The notes under the pieces: model-generated
What the model saw: the letters and a program-made list of their open reading frames with translations, nothing else
Told to the model about the DNA's origin: nothing
Databases searched by the model: none
Translations under genes and position numbers: made by a program
Shown here: piece by piece, positions 13,064 through 25,449 of the stretch
Position numbering within the stretch: position 1 is the first letter of the stretch
How the letters are laid out: each line of letters begins with the position of its first letter
Assembly (NCBI RefSeq): GCF_018350175.1
Contig: NC_058368.1
Span: 164,054,001 to 164,118,000 of the forward strand
Reading direction: 5' to 3'
DNA from: Felis catus
Taxonomy: Eukaryota
DNA length: 64,000 nucleotides

Positions 13064-13258
13064 GTGGACCTTCCACATTCATCATGAATGTTGTCATTTA
13101 GTTCAGTTTGACTTCTAACTTGCTTTTCACATATGTGTGAAAAAATAGTGTTTCTATAAAGAAACATATCCAAGACCTTATTAGGAAGAATGTGTTGTAT
13201 ATCATCAAATCTGCCCATACTTTGTGCTAGTGCTGTGGTATAAAATGATCGTAGCTTT

Positions 13259-13446
13259 GGGGCTCCTGGGTGGTTAAGTCGGTTGGTCATTGGACTCTTG
13301 ATTTCACCTCAGGTCATGATCTCATCGTTGTGGGATAGAGCCCCACATTGGGCTCTGCGTTAGCAGGGTGGAGGCTGCTTGGGATTTTGCTCTACTCTTC
13401 TCTTGCTCATGTTCTCTCTCTTTCAAAATAAATAAATAAACTTAAA
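13259..13446 (+). mobile_element. CanSINE
   Basis: ggggctcctgggtgg...A tail; TSD aaaatgatcgtagcttt / aaaatgatcataacttt. Confidence 0.95.
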
Positions 13447-13629
13447 AAAATGATCATAACTTTTATGTGTACTATATGGTGCTTAGGAAGTAAATTTTTA
13501 ATTTGTAAAGTTGTTAGTTTCCTTTGCTTTTATTTATGGCTATCTTTTATGAGATTTCCATTGTTCCCTTTGATATATTGAAGTCAGTCTCTGTGGTACA
13601 TTTATCATTCTTAGGTTACATTTCTAGGT

Positions 13630-13858
13630 AAAATGCAGTTTATAGGCTCTGGCTCTACACACATAGGTTCAAATCCCAGCCTCACCACTTAGGAGATTTG
13701 TGATCTTGAATATGTTAATAAGTCTAAGCCTCAGTTTCCTTCTCTATAAAATGGTGCTAATAATGGTACACATGAAAGATTATGCTGATTAAATGACGTA
13801 ACTGCATATATGTCGTTCAGCCCAGGGCTTGATACATAAGTGCTCAATGTGGGTTATT
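13630..13858 (+). mobile_element. MIR (near full length)
   Basis: ggttcaaatcccagcctcaccactta...aagcctcagtttccttctctataaaatgg...aagtgctcaat. Confidence 0.85.
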
Positions 13859-14272
13859 GTGTTGTCACTGCTGTTGTTTTTTTAATTATCTCCTAACAGA
13901 ACTAGCAGCATAATACCTGCCAAAAGACATACTAATTAAAAAACAAACTTTTTTTCTGAGCAACAAATGATATGAAACTATCAATTTCTTTCTCATGGCA
14001 TCACGATATTTAGAAAGCGCTTCCTCTTTAAGAATGAAGCTTTAAACCTATCAGTTGTCAAGCACCTGATTTTCAAGCACCTGACTTTCAAAAAAATTTT
14101 TTTATTTCTATTCCCATGGGATCAGGCCGGATGACTTAATTGATTTCCCTACTTCCTGGTAAGGTCAACTGGTTAATGATGGTAAAACACTTAATTGTGG
14201 TAGAGTCACAGGTCAAACTTCCCAGGTCATTCCAGTTCTACTGAGAATTCATCTTTTGTTTTCTCTTTTCAG

Positions 14273-14284
14273 CCTTGTTCTCCG
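14273..14284 (+). other. candidate 12-nt in-frame micro-exon (ccttgttctccg)
   Basis: acceptor tcttttgttttctcttttcag immediately upstream and consensus donor CCG|GTAAGT immediately downstream; sequence-only inference. Confidence 0.35.
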
Positions 14285-14922
14285 GTAAGTCAGATCTCAG
14301 ATGATTGTGTTATCAATCACTGTGGCAACATTTACTCTATATGCCCAATAATATGCTCAGCAAATCATGTACATTCTTTTCATGATGCAGTTCTATAACT
14401 GTTTTCATTGCACATGATAAGCAAAGCAAAATGCAAGTTTCTGAGCTGGGAAGTGGAATGTACCAAGACATGGAATTGATTCTCTTTTGTAAATTCAGGA
14501 ACTAGTCAAAATACTTAGTTCATGGGCTTTTAAAGACTATGATTCTTGGATTGAATCCCTGGAAAAGTAAATAATTTATCTGAATTCAAATGAGTGTGTG
14601 CTATCCCTTCTTATTATGAACATCATCACTATTTAATGATAACATTGGAATATTCTGTTGCATAGAAAGCAATGAATCATCGAGCTATCTATGAAGGCAG
14701 GGTATGATAGATGTGACAATCCACATAAGATTCTGTAAGGTAATTTGGCTTCAATTTGCCTAGACCAGCCCAGTTCAATGCTTAAAACTATATATCCCTT
14801 CAGCATATAAATGGTATTTTGTCCAAGGTAGGCTATGGAACTTTTTCCATATAGGCTGTTTTTCCAGAGAAAGTAGTGGGAGAGAAGAAGATACTTAAAA
14901 CGTTTTTCTTTCGGTTGTTTTC

Positions 14923-15100
14923 TAGAGATTCTCAATTCTGGGTGTGCATCAGAATCGTCTATGGGGTTTTAAAATATCCAGATACAGAGGCTCCAACCTA
15001 GGCTTAATGTGTCCAAAACATAGGGGTTAGGAACAGAGATGTATCAATTTAAAAGTGTCCATTGTTAATTTTAATGTACTTTTAGATTTGACAGTTATCA
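14923..15100. mobile_element. MER5A-like hAT-Charlie DNA transposon
   Basis: ttctcaattctgggtgtgcatcagaatc...ttttaaaatatccagatac resembles MER5A. Confidence 0.6.
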
Positions 15101-15604
15101 CATACATTGAAGTTTTATTTGGAAAAATATACCAGGAGTCACTTTGCAATTTCCTTTTACTAAAAGCATAGAGTAGGAATTGATATTCTATCTAGTATGC
15201 AGTAAACATGTTCTGTCATGGGTAGAGATTTTGCAGAGTTTCCAAGCCAGTGTTGAAGAAAATAAGGAAATGAGGAAGTGACAATAGGGAACCTCTCTGT
15301 TCGCATAGCTTGGATTAGAGGCATTACTGGTGAAAGTTCTGTTCTTATAGGAAATCTTATCAATTTTGAGCCATGTTTCAACTTTATTTTTGATGAACTA
15401 ACATTTCAAAATTATTTTTCTCATATTTGATTTTATAGACTTCATTGACTTGAGATTCAAAATAAGGTTACATAATGATTGTGTTTTTGTGACAACTAAA
15501 CTTCCTGTATAAAATCTATTGGGTTCTATAATCTTGCAGAGATCATTTACTAATTTCAAGGTTTAAAGTCTCAGAATGAATAATCTGTTACATTAATCTT
15601 ACTA

Positions 15605-15762
15605 TCACTTGTAAATTTCTTGAGGAGAGCTACTGTGTTTGGTTCACAATTCTGTATCTATTTATGTTTATTTTGCTCACTATTTTGGCTCTACCCCCAG
15701 TATCTGGCATAGTGGTTGGACCATGGTTGGAGATATTCATTTATATCTATTGAATGAATAAA
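15605..15762 (+). mobile_element. L2 3' end
   Basis: tgtaaatttcttgaggagagc...ccccagtatctggcatagtg...tattgaatgaataaa. Confidence 0.65.
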
Positions 15763-16384
15763 TTCTCCAAACCTGCTCAGTTTGTGCTGTATTATTCTAC
15801 TTCTTATTGTCTGATCGAAATGTGTGACATATTTATTATGGTAGGTTTTTTTCTTTTTCTTTTTTTTCTTTTTTTTTTAATACCTGCTGTGACCATCTAG
15901 TACTTTTTGGAGCATGAAGAAACATTCCCACTGAGAGCATTCCCTCTGAGATATGGTTTTAAGGGTTGAACTTGAAACGTTAATCCATTTGTGTTCATGA
16001 GGTGGACAAATTCTTTACAACCATTGCCATCCTGCTCTTCATAGTTATGATTAGCCACTTTGCACTTATATTTTCTGGTGCCAGACTACATATGTATTAC
16101 TCTGGAAAAACATTTTGGCTTTTGTGAAAGATGGCTTGGGAGAATTAAATATGTGTGAAGTGAATGAAAGTGACAATAAAAATTATTTTTAGAAAGATTG
16201 TCTTTGAAAACTAGTTTTCAAAGGCAATAAGAGACTTTTGTTCCTTTGTAGTTGTATATATGTGGCTTCTAATAATTTTTAGTGATTTTGCATATTTCAT
16301 CCTGTTTGATACCATTTTTAATCCCCAGACAAGAAGGGGTCAACTTGAAACTTTGTACCTGGAAGATTAAACAATAGAGAAAGT

Positions 16385-16609
16385 GGGTGCCTGGGTAGAT
16401 CAGTCGGTTAAGCGTCTAACTTTGACTCAGGTCATGATCTCATGGTTCGTGAGTTCAAGCCCTCCATTGGGCTCTGTGCTGACAGCTCAGAGCCTTGAGC
16501 CTGCTTTGGGTTCTGTGTCTCCCTCTCTCTCTCTGGCCCTCCCCAGCCTCTACTCTGTCTCTGTCTCTCTCTCTCAAATAAATAAAAACATTTTTAAAAA
16601 ATTAAAAAA
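16385..16609 (+). mobile_element. CanSINE
   Basis: full body with (CT)n and A tail; TSD aaacaatagagaaagt / aaacagtagagaaagt. Confidence 0.97.
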
Positions 16610-16649
16610 AAACAGTAGAGAAAGTGTTGTGGAATTTCTTATGACAGTT

Positions 16650-16889
16650 AATAGTTTTAATGATATCTATCATTTAATGAACTGTATAATGCATCAGCAG
16701 CTCTGCTGCTTGCTTTATAAATATCATTTTATTTAATTCTTAGAGAATCCAAAAAAGTAGGTATTGAAAGTAGTCAAACTGAGACTCACAGCAGTTATCT
16801 TGTTGAAGACCATGCTCTAAGTGGCACAGAGTCTGGGTTTGGCCTCAAGTCCATTGAAAAGTTCTTGTTCTTAATCACACTAACATGCT
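16650..16889 (-). mobile_element. MIR
   Basis: aaactgagactcacagcagtta...aagtggcacagagtctgggttt...gttcttaatcac. Confidence 0.7.
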
Positions 16890-19443
16890 CTTAGGGGCTT
16901 GAATGCAACTTTCCTAATAATGAATTCTTATGCTCCTCATCATATCATGCTTTGTAGGCCCCGAATCAGTGAAGACCATGGAAATGTGTTGGCCACATTT
17001 ATAAACTGTGGATTTGTTTTACTTAAACAAAATAAAGCATTATAAAATTTATACAATAATGAGTTAGATAACAAATTTCAGTATTGATACTGAAAAGTAA
17101 TTATCATTTGATTGGATTTTACTGCTTTACTGCTTCCTCACGTGCAAAACAATAACCTGGCTATTGTTTACATTGAGATTTGTTTTATAAACTATAATTC
17201 TCAGAGAACAGATATTAATTCTGACAAAATAATATCTTTCCTCTATCCTAAGCATAACATTATTCACCAGCATACCCTAAAGAAATCCTATTGGATTATG
17301 GTGATATAAGTAGCTAGTACTTTAGAAAATCCATGGAAAGGTAAGCGATGGAAAGGCCAAATGGGCTGGTTTTGAGAAATATCCTTTATTTTTTTTTAAC
17401 CAGTCCTCACCTTCACCTCTTACCCATTGCATGGCTGGATTTGCAGTGCTTCTGTTAATGTGCTGTTTCTCTTTGTCCAATTTACTGGCCAGATGACTGT
17501 GTCATAAAACCACCATCACCACCACCACTCCTGGTACTAATTAGCACCCCGTTTGTCAGCCTCAGTGCAGTGGTGAGGACTTGAGTGGTTATAAATACTG
17601 TAATACCTTTTCACCTGTGAAAGTAGCTCTTCCAAAGACAAAGAAGAAAGCACAGCAGGCAGGAAGCCTGCACTATTGGCACCTGAGCTGTTCCTTTCTC
17701 TGGACAATTTCAAGCTTTAACATCTGTTCTAAACACTACATTTATTAAACTGAATAACAAAATACATTCATCTGTGTATAATAGTCCTCCCAGGGGATAC
17801 AGAATGGGATTTCCCTCTTTTTAAAGAAAGTGAAACACAGTTGACAGAGTCTCAGGTCTGTTTAATGTCAAGAAAAGCAGCCTGGGAAATAGGAAAGGAA
17901 CTTATTAGGAAAGATTTTTTCCCCTCTTTGACCGTGGTATGACTGCTGCTGAGGATACGCTTATGTGTATTCTCCTACAATTTTTAATTACTGGGTTTAA
18001 TTGTTGGCAGGTGGGTAAGAGTTCTGTTACATGTAATGTTTAATTGTTTATCCTTTGCTCTTTGTTAGAAATTGAATGCATTAGTTTGAAAATGAGACTC
18101 AAGAGGTCTGTTGTGGTAATGTGTTCTTTTCCCTGCTAGAGGACAAAATAAACTCAGATTATAAAGTTCTGATTCTTGCAAGGTCAGAGACTTTCCTCAC
18201 AAATAGAAATCACATGACTACCTATGCATATGTAGGTCACTTACTTTACATTCTTAATAAAAGTAAAAGATGGCAGGAAAATATAGCCATTTTTAGATGA
18301 ATATAAAAGTCCTTTCTGAAACTAACATAGAGAGCATCAATAAATATTCCAACTTTCTCCCTTTATTATACAGTTAAGACTTACACCTTTACTCTCTTTC
18401 TCTCATCTTTCCTCCACTTTCTTCCTTTTCTCCTCAAGATTTCATCCAGATTCTGAATATACTTCCTTCCTTGACAACTCATTTAGAGCTCCCATCCTGT
18501 CAAGCCTCAATCTTCTATAGACCACAACCTCTATCAGGCTACAGGGCTTATAGGGAGGGAGTGGCTTTTAGAAAAGGGACTGGAAGAGCAGGACAGTCTA
18601 TAGGGGTTCAGAGGCTATGAACATTCTAGGCTCTGAAAGGTGGTGAAGAGTTGGAGGTAGTGGAAGTAGCACTTAAGTGGTAGCAGTAAATTAGGGGAGA
18701 AGTGTTGGGGATAGGCCTGATGGAAGATGAAAAATAATGTATTTGGTGAACACTGGAAGAAAACATACTCTGGTAAGGTTTTGAAATGAAGAAGACAAGA
18801 AAAATAAGGTTCATTACTTCTTGATCTTGAGCAATGTCTCTAGTGTGCCTGGGTTGATTATCACATTATCTGCAAATACACTGTTTCTCTTTGTGATCCA
18901 TACGCTATTGTACATTTATGTCACATGCATAATACTGACTTACCTATCCAGGTGGCAAATGGGAGCTTGATCCTTTGTAAAAGCACAACTGTGGTGTGAA
19001 ATGCAGCAAAAATACTGACTGGTAGGAATTGCAACTTTGAGTTTGACAAAAAAAAGTCTTTTATTTAACCAAGTTAAGCAAAAAGGTACTCTATTTCACT
19101 TACAAAGAACTTTATGGATTTTATGAATCCAATAGGGAGGTCCAGTTTGCCGGCTACAGACTTAATTGCTAACCTATTGTAAAGTGGATTTTTTTGGTTG
19201 TTGTTATTCATAGATGCAGGAAAAAACTTGGATTATTCTTCTTAGATGTAGATCTTCCTCTGTCAGACCCATGATAATCATTAATTCACATTCTCACACA
19301 GTTCCTCCTATTCATTTTTAAATGCCTCAGTGTGATTCTTTGATATCTGCCTATATCTTTAAAGACCATCTGTAATTGACCTTTAGTTTAAGACATTTTT
19401 TATTGAATTTTCATTAAGAGATGTGAGGATTTAGGTGTTTTCA

Positions 19444-19551
19444 TTTTTTTTTAAGTAGGCTTCATGACCAATGCAGCCATGACTCTGAGATCATGACCTA
19501 AGCTGAGATCAAGAGTTGGATGCTTAACTGACTGAACCACTAAGGCACCTC
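19444..19551 (-). mobile_element. short CanSINE variant lacking the (CT)n segment
   Basis: ttttaagtaggcttc...gagatcatgacctaagctgagatcaagagttggatgcttaactgactga...aggcacctc. Confidence 0.88.
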
Positions 19552-19864
19552 AAGGATTTGGTTTTATTTCACCTGCTATAGATGTATGTTTCACAGTGAT
19601 GTGTTTCTTTGAGGTGGGCATTCAGCTGGGCATGAATTAGAAATTCTCTTTCTTCAGCTCTGGGAAAATTGCCTGATTAATTTCGTAAATGATTTTCTCC
19701 TTTCTGTTTTTTTCTGGCATTTCCATTATTTGGATTTTAATGATAGTTTTTGAGGTTTTCTTCATCTGGAATAGTCTGTTTCTTTCTATTTTTTTTTTAA
19801 CAATATGATTTTACTCATCTTCATGTTAGAGACTTTCCAGAGATGTCTGTTCACATTTACAAGG

Positions 19865-20454
19865 TGAGGTGGAGAGCAAAGACCACAGGAAAAAAAGTTA
19901 AATTTGACAATTCCATTGACAAGTCCTTGAGACAGGCAGAGTGACACTCCTTGAAGAACTCAACTGCCTCGAAGTTAATACTTTGCTCAGGGCAAAAGGC
20001 AATCTTACCTTCACATTAGCCTGACCTCCAGGATCCTGTAAGTCTCTTTTAACATATAAAAATCCCCTTGGAAACTTCCTTTATCCCTACCTGCCTCCCC
20101 CAAGGTATATGCTAGCAATCATCCTTTAAGCATGTGGGCCACTGATAGACAGCGGAAGGGTCTCATGACAAAGGTTTTAGAATACTAGACAGTAGTAAAT
20201 AACATTTTCCCAACAACAGCTAGCCCCTCGAGGTCCTAGAAACCTTGTTTATAAATTCCTTAGAGACTTATACTATCCCTAACCCCCTCCCGACTTGAAA
20301 GTATATGATCAGTCATTCCTCATAATCCCAGTGCAGCTCTTCTCACCCATGGGTCCTGTCCCTGTGCTTTAATAAAACCACTCTTTTTTGCATCAAAGAT
20401 TCCTCAAGAATTCTTTGTTGGCTGTTCACTCCCAAACCCCAACACTTCACATCA
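19865..20454 (+). mobile_element. ERV solo LTR (590 bp, ERV1-like)
   Basis: TG...CA termini, AATAAA at 20371, flanks caagg/caaga; HAL1 sequence resumes on both sides. Confidence 0.8.
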
Positions 20455-20954
20455 CAAGATGCTAAAATGTTGATTGGCTGTTCTGAATATTTAGCTGGAA
20501 CTTATCAATTGTGCATTTAAGGTGGGCTCGGATGGGCTATTTTCTCTAGGAACCCTGATACCAGTATTTTTAAATCTTTTCCTACGGGATGGCTGGACTC
20601 CTAAGATGAGTATCATCCAGCCATCTTCCTGAAAGGTATTAGCCTGGCTGCTAGATTCTGGAATCCAGCTGAGAGAGGAGTCCTGCAGGTGACAGGTAGG
20701 GCAGAATGTTATATTCATTTATTGCTCCTATTTCCAGTAGAGTCTTGCTGTCAACCGTGCCTGTAAACTCAAAATTTAAAGATTCTCTTCTTCGCCCTCT
20801 GTGAAAATAAACTTCCAGTCTTTTGCAGGGATGAGGAGTTCTTTGGCTGCGCAGTGTGGGAGAGAGGGCAGTACTCTCACTGCTTCTAATGCAGATTTCA
20901 ACCAACCTTTCTTTCTTTAGCTCTTCTTTCAGCCCGCTTTCAGCGGTAACTAGG

Positions 20955-21535
20955 TGTAACCAAATTCAAGGGGTTCATTGCTTGGGGAGCATCAAATTGA
21001 ATACAATTCAAGGAAGTGCTGAAAGCAAAGAGACTTTTTATTACTTGTTACAAGTAAGAAGACAAGGAGATAGTCTTTGAGAGCAAAGCACTCTCTCCCT
21101 GTTGGGTTAATACAGGAAGCTTTTATTCATTGTATTAGGGGGTGGGGACAGGAAGCTTGCATAGGCACTTCTGATTCTTTTGCACATGTGAACATGCTTG
21201 TGCATACATGGTACGTTCAAAAAAGGGTGGAAAACTCTGCCCATAAGAGGAGATCTTAGTATTATAATGAGCTAAGGGTAACAAGGTCAGCTCAGGGAGC
21301 TTTGGTGTAAGCCCTCAGATTCTCTGACTTAAGGTGGCTTACATAAGGGGCTGTCACATGAGATAAACTTACCAAGGGGCCATCCAGTGAAACAGCTAGT
21401 CTCCTTGTCTAGAAGTGTTGGTTCTCCAAAAACAAAACACATTCCTTCCCTGCTTTTGTCCCTTCCCCTCCTCCCTTCAGTTCAAAGGTTTCAACCCTCT
21501 TATTTGGGTTACTTCCCATTGCATCCTAGCTAACA
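20955..21535 (-). mobile_element. ERV1-like solo LTR (581 bp)
   Basis: tgtaacc...gctaaca termini with perfect 4-bp TSD tagg (20951-20954 and 21536-21539); AATAAA on the minus strand near 21037-21042. Confidence 0.85.
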
Positions 21536-23238
21536 TAGGGAGGGGTTCCAATTCCTGAGTTTCTGTGGATTCTGAGTGTGATTTTCTTCTTTCCTTACTG
21601 TATGGCCAGCTTAGGATCTAGTTTATCATAATTCAGTTACAACTCATCCATCTACTTTCCAGCTTCAAAATGTCATTGCTGCCATCTTCTCTTATTTCTT
21701 TTTTTTCTTCTGAGTGTACACCTTTAAATATCACTTTATTATCATTTTAATGGGATTCCAAGAAGGAGCAAGAATAAAAGCAAATATTCTGAGAACTTTA
21801 CCTGGAAGGTGAAAATTCTTTTAACAGTACTATTCCTCTCTGAAATATTTATTTTCTCTCAATTGGGCCAATATTTGATGTATTGTTCTCAGAATATTAG
21901 TGGAAATATTCCCTCCCATGCTGGACAATAAGAAAAAATGTCTTAAAAAATTTACAAATGTAGCTGAGCCTCTTTACATTGCTGGTTATGCAATATCCAC
22001 CTAACCTCAAACTGTTACCCTAGACATGTGTGTTGTACATATTTTGACTGACTACTTTGCAGTAGGATTAAAAGACAAGGTGAGTTGCTTTTAAGATAGT
22101 TCTGACGAAGCTAAGAAATTCTAGCATATAGAATCAAGTGTGCTGAAGTGATAATTGCCAACAGCTCAAGAGGAAAAAGAAATACTTTGGATCTTCAACA
22201 TCCTGGCATAAAAAGTACCCATAGTACACACAAATCAGTAGTAACACATTATTCTTGAAATGAGATTTTATTTAATGAATGACAACAAGAATTTAATCCC
22301 TGCATTTCATTGAAAAAATGTTTCATCCTTTTGAATACATTAGGTATGTTTTTCTTCTTAATTTGTGACTCTAAAAAGATTTTGCAGCCGTAGAACAGCT
22401 GCCAATGTTGTGAATTATGACATACACTAATTAGAGTTGCACTATTTAAAAGGGAAAGAAAAGAAATGTGCAAGCACCTTTAAGGTATTAAATTGTTCAA
22501 AAAGGCATACTTGTTACTCCCAAATGTGGGTAAAACGTCATAAAACACTACCTAAAGTTATAATCTGTTTGGTTACTTTGGAAAGGAATTTGTGAGTGCT
22601 TTAAACAAGGCATTTTTAAATTTTGTTTGCAAGATGTTTCTCGATCATGGCTGCTCTTTACTAATTTTTGTGTGTAATATGTGTGTGTGGGAATTAGTGA
22701 TACTTGAGAGATTAGAGCCTGTTTGAAGACATGCAAGAATCATACTTTCAGGAATTGATGTTAAAACAGCCTGGAAACTCCTGATACTTATGGTACTCAA
22801 GAATTACTTTCAACATTTTAGAATTCTGAGCCAATATATCTATGCAGGAAAACAATCAGTCTTTGAGTTTGTCTTTCCCTTGCCTTATCCTTAGCCTACT
22901 TGGTTCAGGAGAGCAAAATGCCTCTTTGTTGATCTAGATGAATTGACTGATATAAGTTAATCAAAGCAGCAGTTCTTCTGCTTAAGACAATTCCAAAACG
23001 AAAAGAGCTTAATTTCACCTCCTGTAGCACCTCCTGTAGTTGGATCATAACAGAGAACCAAGAAATGAATGAATAAGGTTTGTGGGTTGCCAACTTTTAG
23101 GCCCATGTACTAAATAAAACTCATGAACTGTACTCATAGGAAAGCTTCTTGGATCTTTTTATAGCAATTAAGTTTCTATTATAAAAGTCCAATAGGTTAT
23201 TTTCTACCCCACTAATATTATTTCAAAAATATTTTAAA

Positions 23239-23417
23239 GTCTATTTATTTATTTATTTATTTATTTACTTATTTATTTATTTAGAGAATCCCAAGCAGGC
23301 TCCACACTGTCAACATAGAGACTGACGCAGGGCTCCATACGACATGAATGGTGAGATCATGACCTAAGCCTAAATCAAGAGTCTAACTTGTAACCAACTG
23401 AGCCACCCGGGTGCCCC
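23239..23417 (-). mobile_element. CanSINE with (TAAA)n tail
   Basis: 20-bp TSD tatttcaaaaatattttaaa at 23219-23238 and 23418-23437. Confidence 0.95.
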
Positions 23418-23589
23418 TATTTCAAAAATATTTTAAAAGAAGCAGAAAGGATGGTGGAGAGCTAGATGCCGGCAAGCTGAAGGGACAGTTACTGTAGGTG
23501 AGAGAGGAAATAGGCTGATAAACCCCTAAGACTCCTGAGGACAGCACTGCACAACTCGGAACAACAATGATGATAATGAAAATGATAGT

Positions 23590-23800
23590 CATTGTAATGG
23601 CTTTAATATCCTGAGTGGTTTCTAAGGGAGAGGATTTGCTTTATATAAACTTTCACCCTTGATATTTATGATAAATCTCTGAAATACATATTGTTTTCCT
23701 TATTTTCATAAATGATATAACAGGTACCAGGAGTTTAAGTCATTTGCATGGGGTTACACAATTAATGATGCAGAGGCAGATCCTAGAGCTGAGTTATGCT
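23590..23800 (-). mobile_element. MIR fragment
   Basis: ccttattttcataaatga...gagtttaagtcatttgcatggggttacacaatta...gcagaggcag. Confidence 0.6.
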
Positions 23801-24049
23801 CTACTAAATAGCTTTCATTTGATGGCTCTTGGTCATCAATAAAATGTTAAATTGTGTTCAGGATTTTTGGTTAAGAAGATAAAGAATACAGTAGCATGAT
23901 TGGAGGGATAAGTGTCAGTTTTCTAGAAGAAAACTCATTCCCTTTTATCTAATTGCACATATATGTGAGGGACAACTAAACAAGGTGCAGTGACAAACTT
24001 CTCCAGGGTAAGGGAGGAAATGGTAGAAGTGCATTTATTATGGATGTTA

Positions 24050-25150
24050 GTCAAATCAGCAGGGTCTGATGAATGACATTTGGGATGCCTGAGACAAGGG
24101 TGGATACTGCTGTGAAGCCATTAGGGGCTGTTAGTGAGGATTTATTTGAGGATGGCAAAGGCTTTGAAATTTGTGCAAGGGAACATTTGTTTGTAGAAGA
24201 AAAAGCAATCTTGTCAACATAGATGAATAGAATAAATTTCAAAAATAGGAAAAGTACTAGAATAGTCAATGTAATCCATAACATTGGGTGTAGACAATGA
24301 CACCATTTTTTTTCCTCCTATGAGTGAGTAATGTCTTAGGTAATTAAAGAAAAAAAAATTAGTTGATGTCCATCTCTAGGTGGGTATGATTAAGACTAGA
24401 AAACCACATTAAGAAGGTGTGTTATCTCAACCTCAAAAGTGGGGCAAATCTTTGATGTAATTGATTTTTATCAAGTTAAAAAATAATCAGTGTCTTTGAT
24501 GAAACTTGGTACCTATGCATCAAGATGCATATGACAGCTAACAACTTGGATGACAAATGTGCTAAAGTTGAACAGATCATGAAAAATTAGAAAAAATAGC
24601 CAACAAAAGCTAGAACTGTCAACTAGGAGTGACTACTTGCAAATATATTAATAACCAAAAATTAAAAATACATATAAGGGGCGCCTGGGTGGCTCAGTCG
24701 GTTAAGCATCCGACTTCAGCTCAGGTCGCGATCTCATGGTCCGTGAGTTCGAGCCCCGCGTCGGGCTCTGGGCTGATGGCTCAGAGCCTGGAGCCTGCTT
24801 CCGATTCTGTGTCTCCCTCTCTCTCTGCCCCTCCCCCGTTCATGCTCTGTCTCTCTCTGTCTCAAAAATAAATAAACGTTAAAAAAATATAAAAAAAAAT
24901 AAATAAAAATACATATAATTGGAAAAAGCCTGGCTGGAAGAAATATGGCTAGGGTTTTCAAACAGAGAAGACTATAAAGAGAAATAAGAATCACAAACCT
25001 AAATATAAAATATATACATGAGTTTATAACATCTGAAGTTATTAGAAGTTGTTAATTTAGTACCTTTTCTGATGGCTTCATCACTGAAATTAAACCAGGA
25101 TTGGAAAAAGACCCTGGTCAAATGTCCAAATACCAAAAGAATGGCTGAAC
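24050..25150 (+). mobile_element. CR1/L3 LINE ORF2 fossil (interrupted by a CanSINE)
   Basis: degenerate translations resemble CR1 RT motifs in order: GPDELHPRVLKELADVIAEPL (~24060), GKILEQ (~24248), ANTLED...LEEWA (~24535), VDHKLN (~24995). Confidence 0.6.
24678..24903 (+). mobile_element. young felid CanSINE
   Basis: ggggcgcctgggtggctcagtcggttaag with CpGs intact; perfect 15-bp TSD taaaaatacatataa. Confidence 0.98.
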
Positions 25151-25232
25151 TAGAACACACAAAAGAACAATGTTAAAATTCCTAAACTTAACACTCTCTA
25201 AAAAGTTTTTAAAAGTGTACCATGTATCTTTT

Positions 25233-25449
25233 AACAAAAATTTTTTAACGTTTATTTATTTTTGAGACAGAGAGAGACAGAGCATGAATGGGGGAGGGTC
25301 AGAGAGAGAGGGAGACATAGAATCCGAAACAGGCTCCAGGCTCTGAGCCGTCAGCCCAGAGCCCGACGCGGGGCTCGAACTCACACACCGCAAGATCATG
25401 ACCTGAGCCGAAGTTGGACGCTCAACCGACTGAGCCACCCAGGCACCCC
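25233..25449 (-). mobile_element. young felid CanSINE
   Basis: CpG-rich body; TSD tgtaccatgtatcttt / tgtaccatattatcttt. Confidence 0.97.

Larger units (their letters stand above)
19380..21810 (-). mobile_element. old HAL1/L1ME-type 5' region, interrupted by one SINE and two solo LTRs
   Basis: tcttcagctctgggaaaatt, attagcctggctgctagattctgg, aatgcagatttcaaccaac, actcatccatctactttccagcttc; similar to the element at 36850-39530. Confidence 0.65.
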
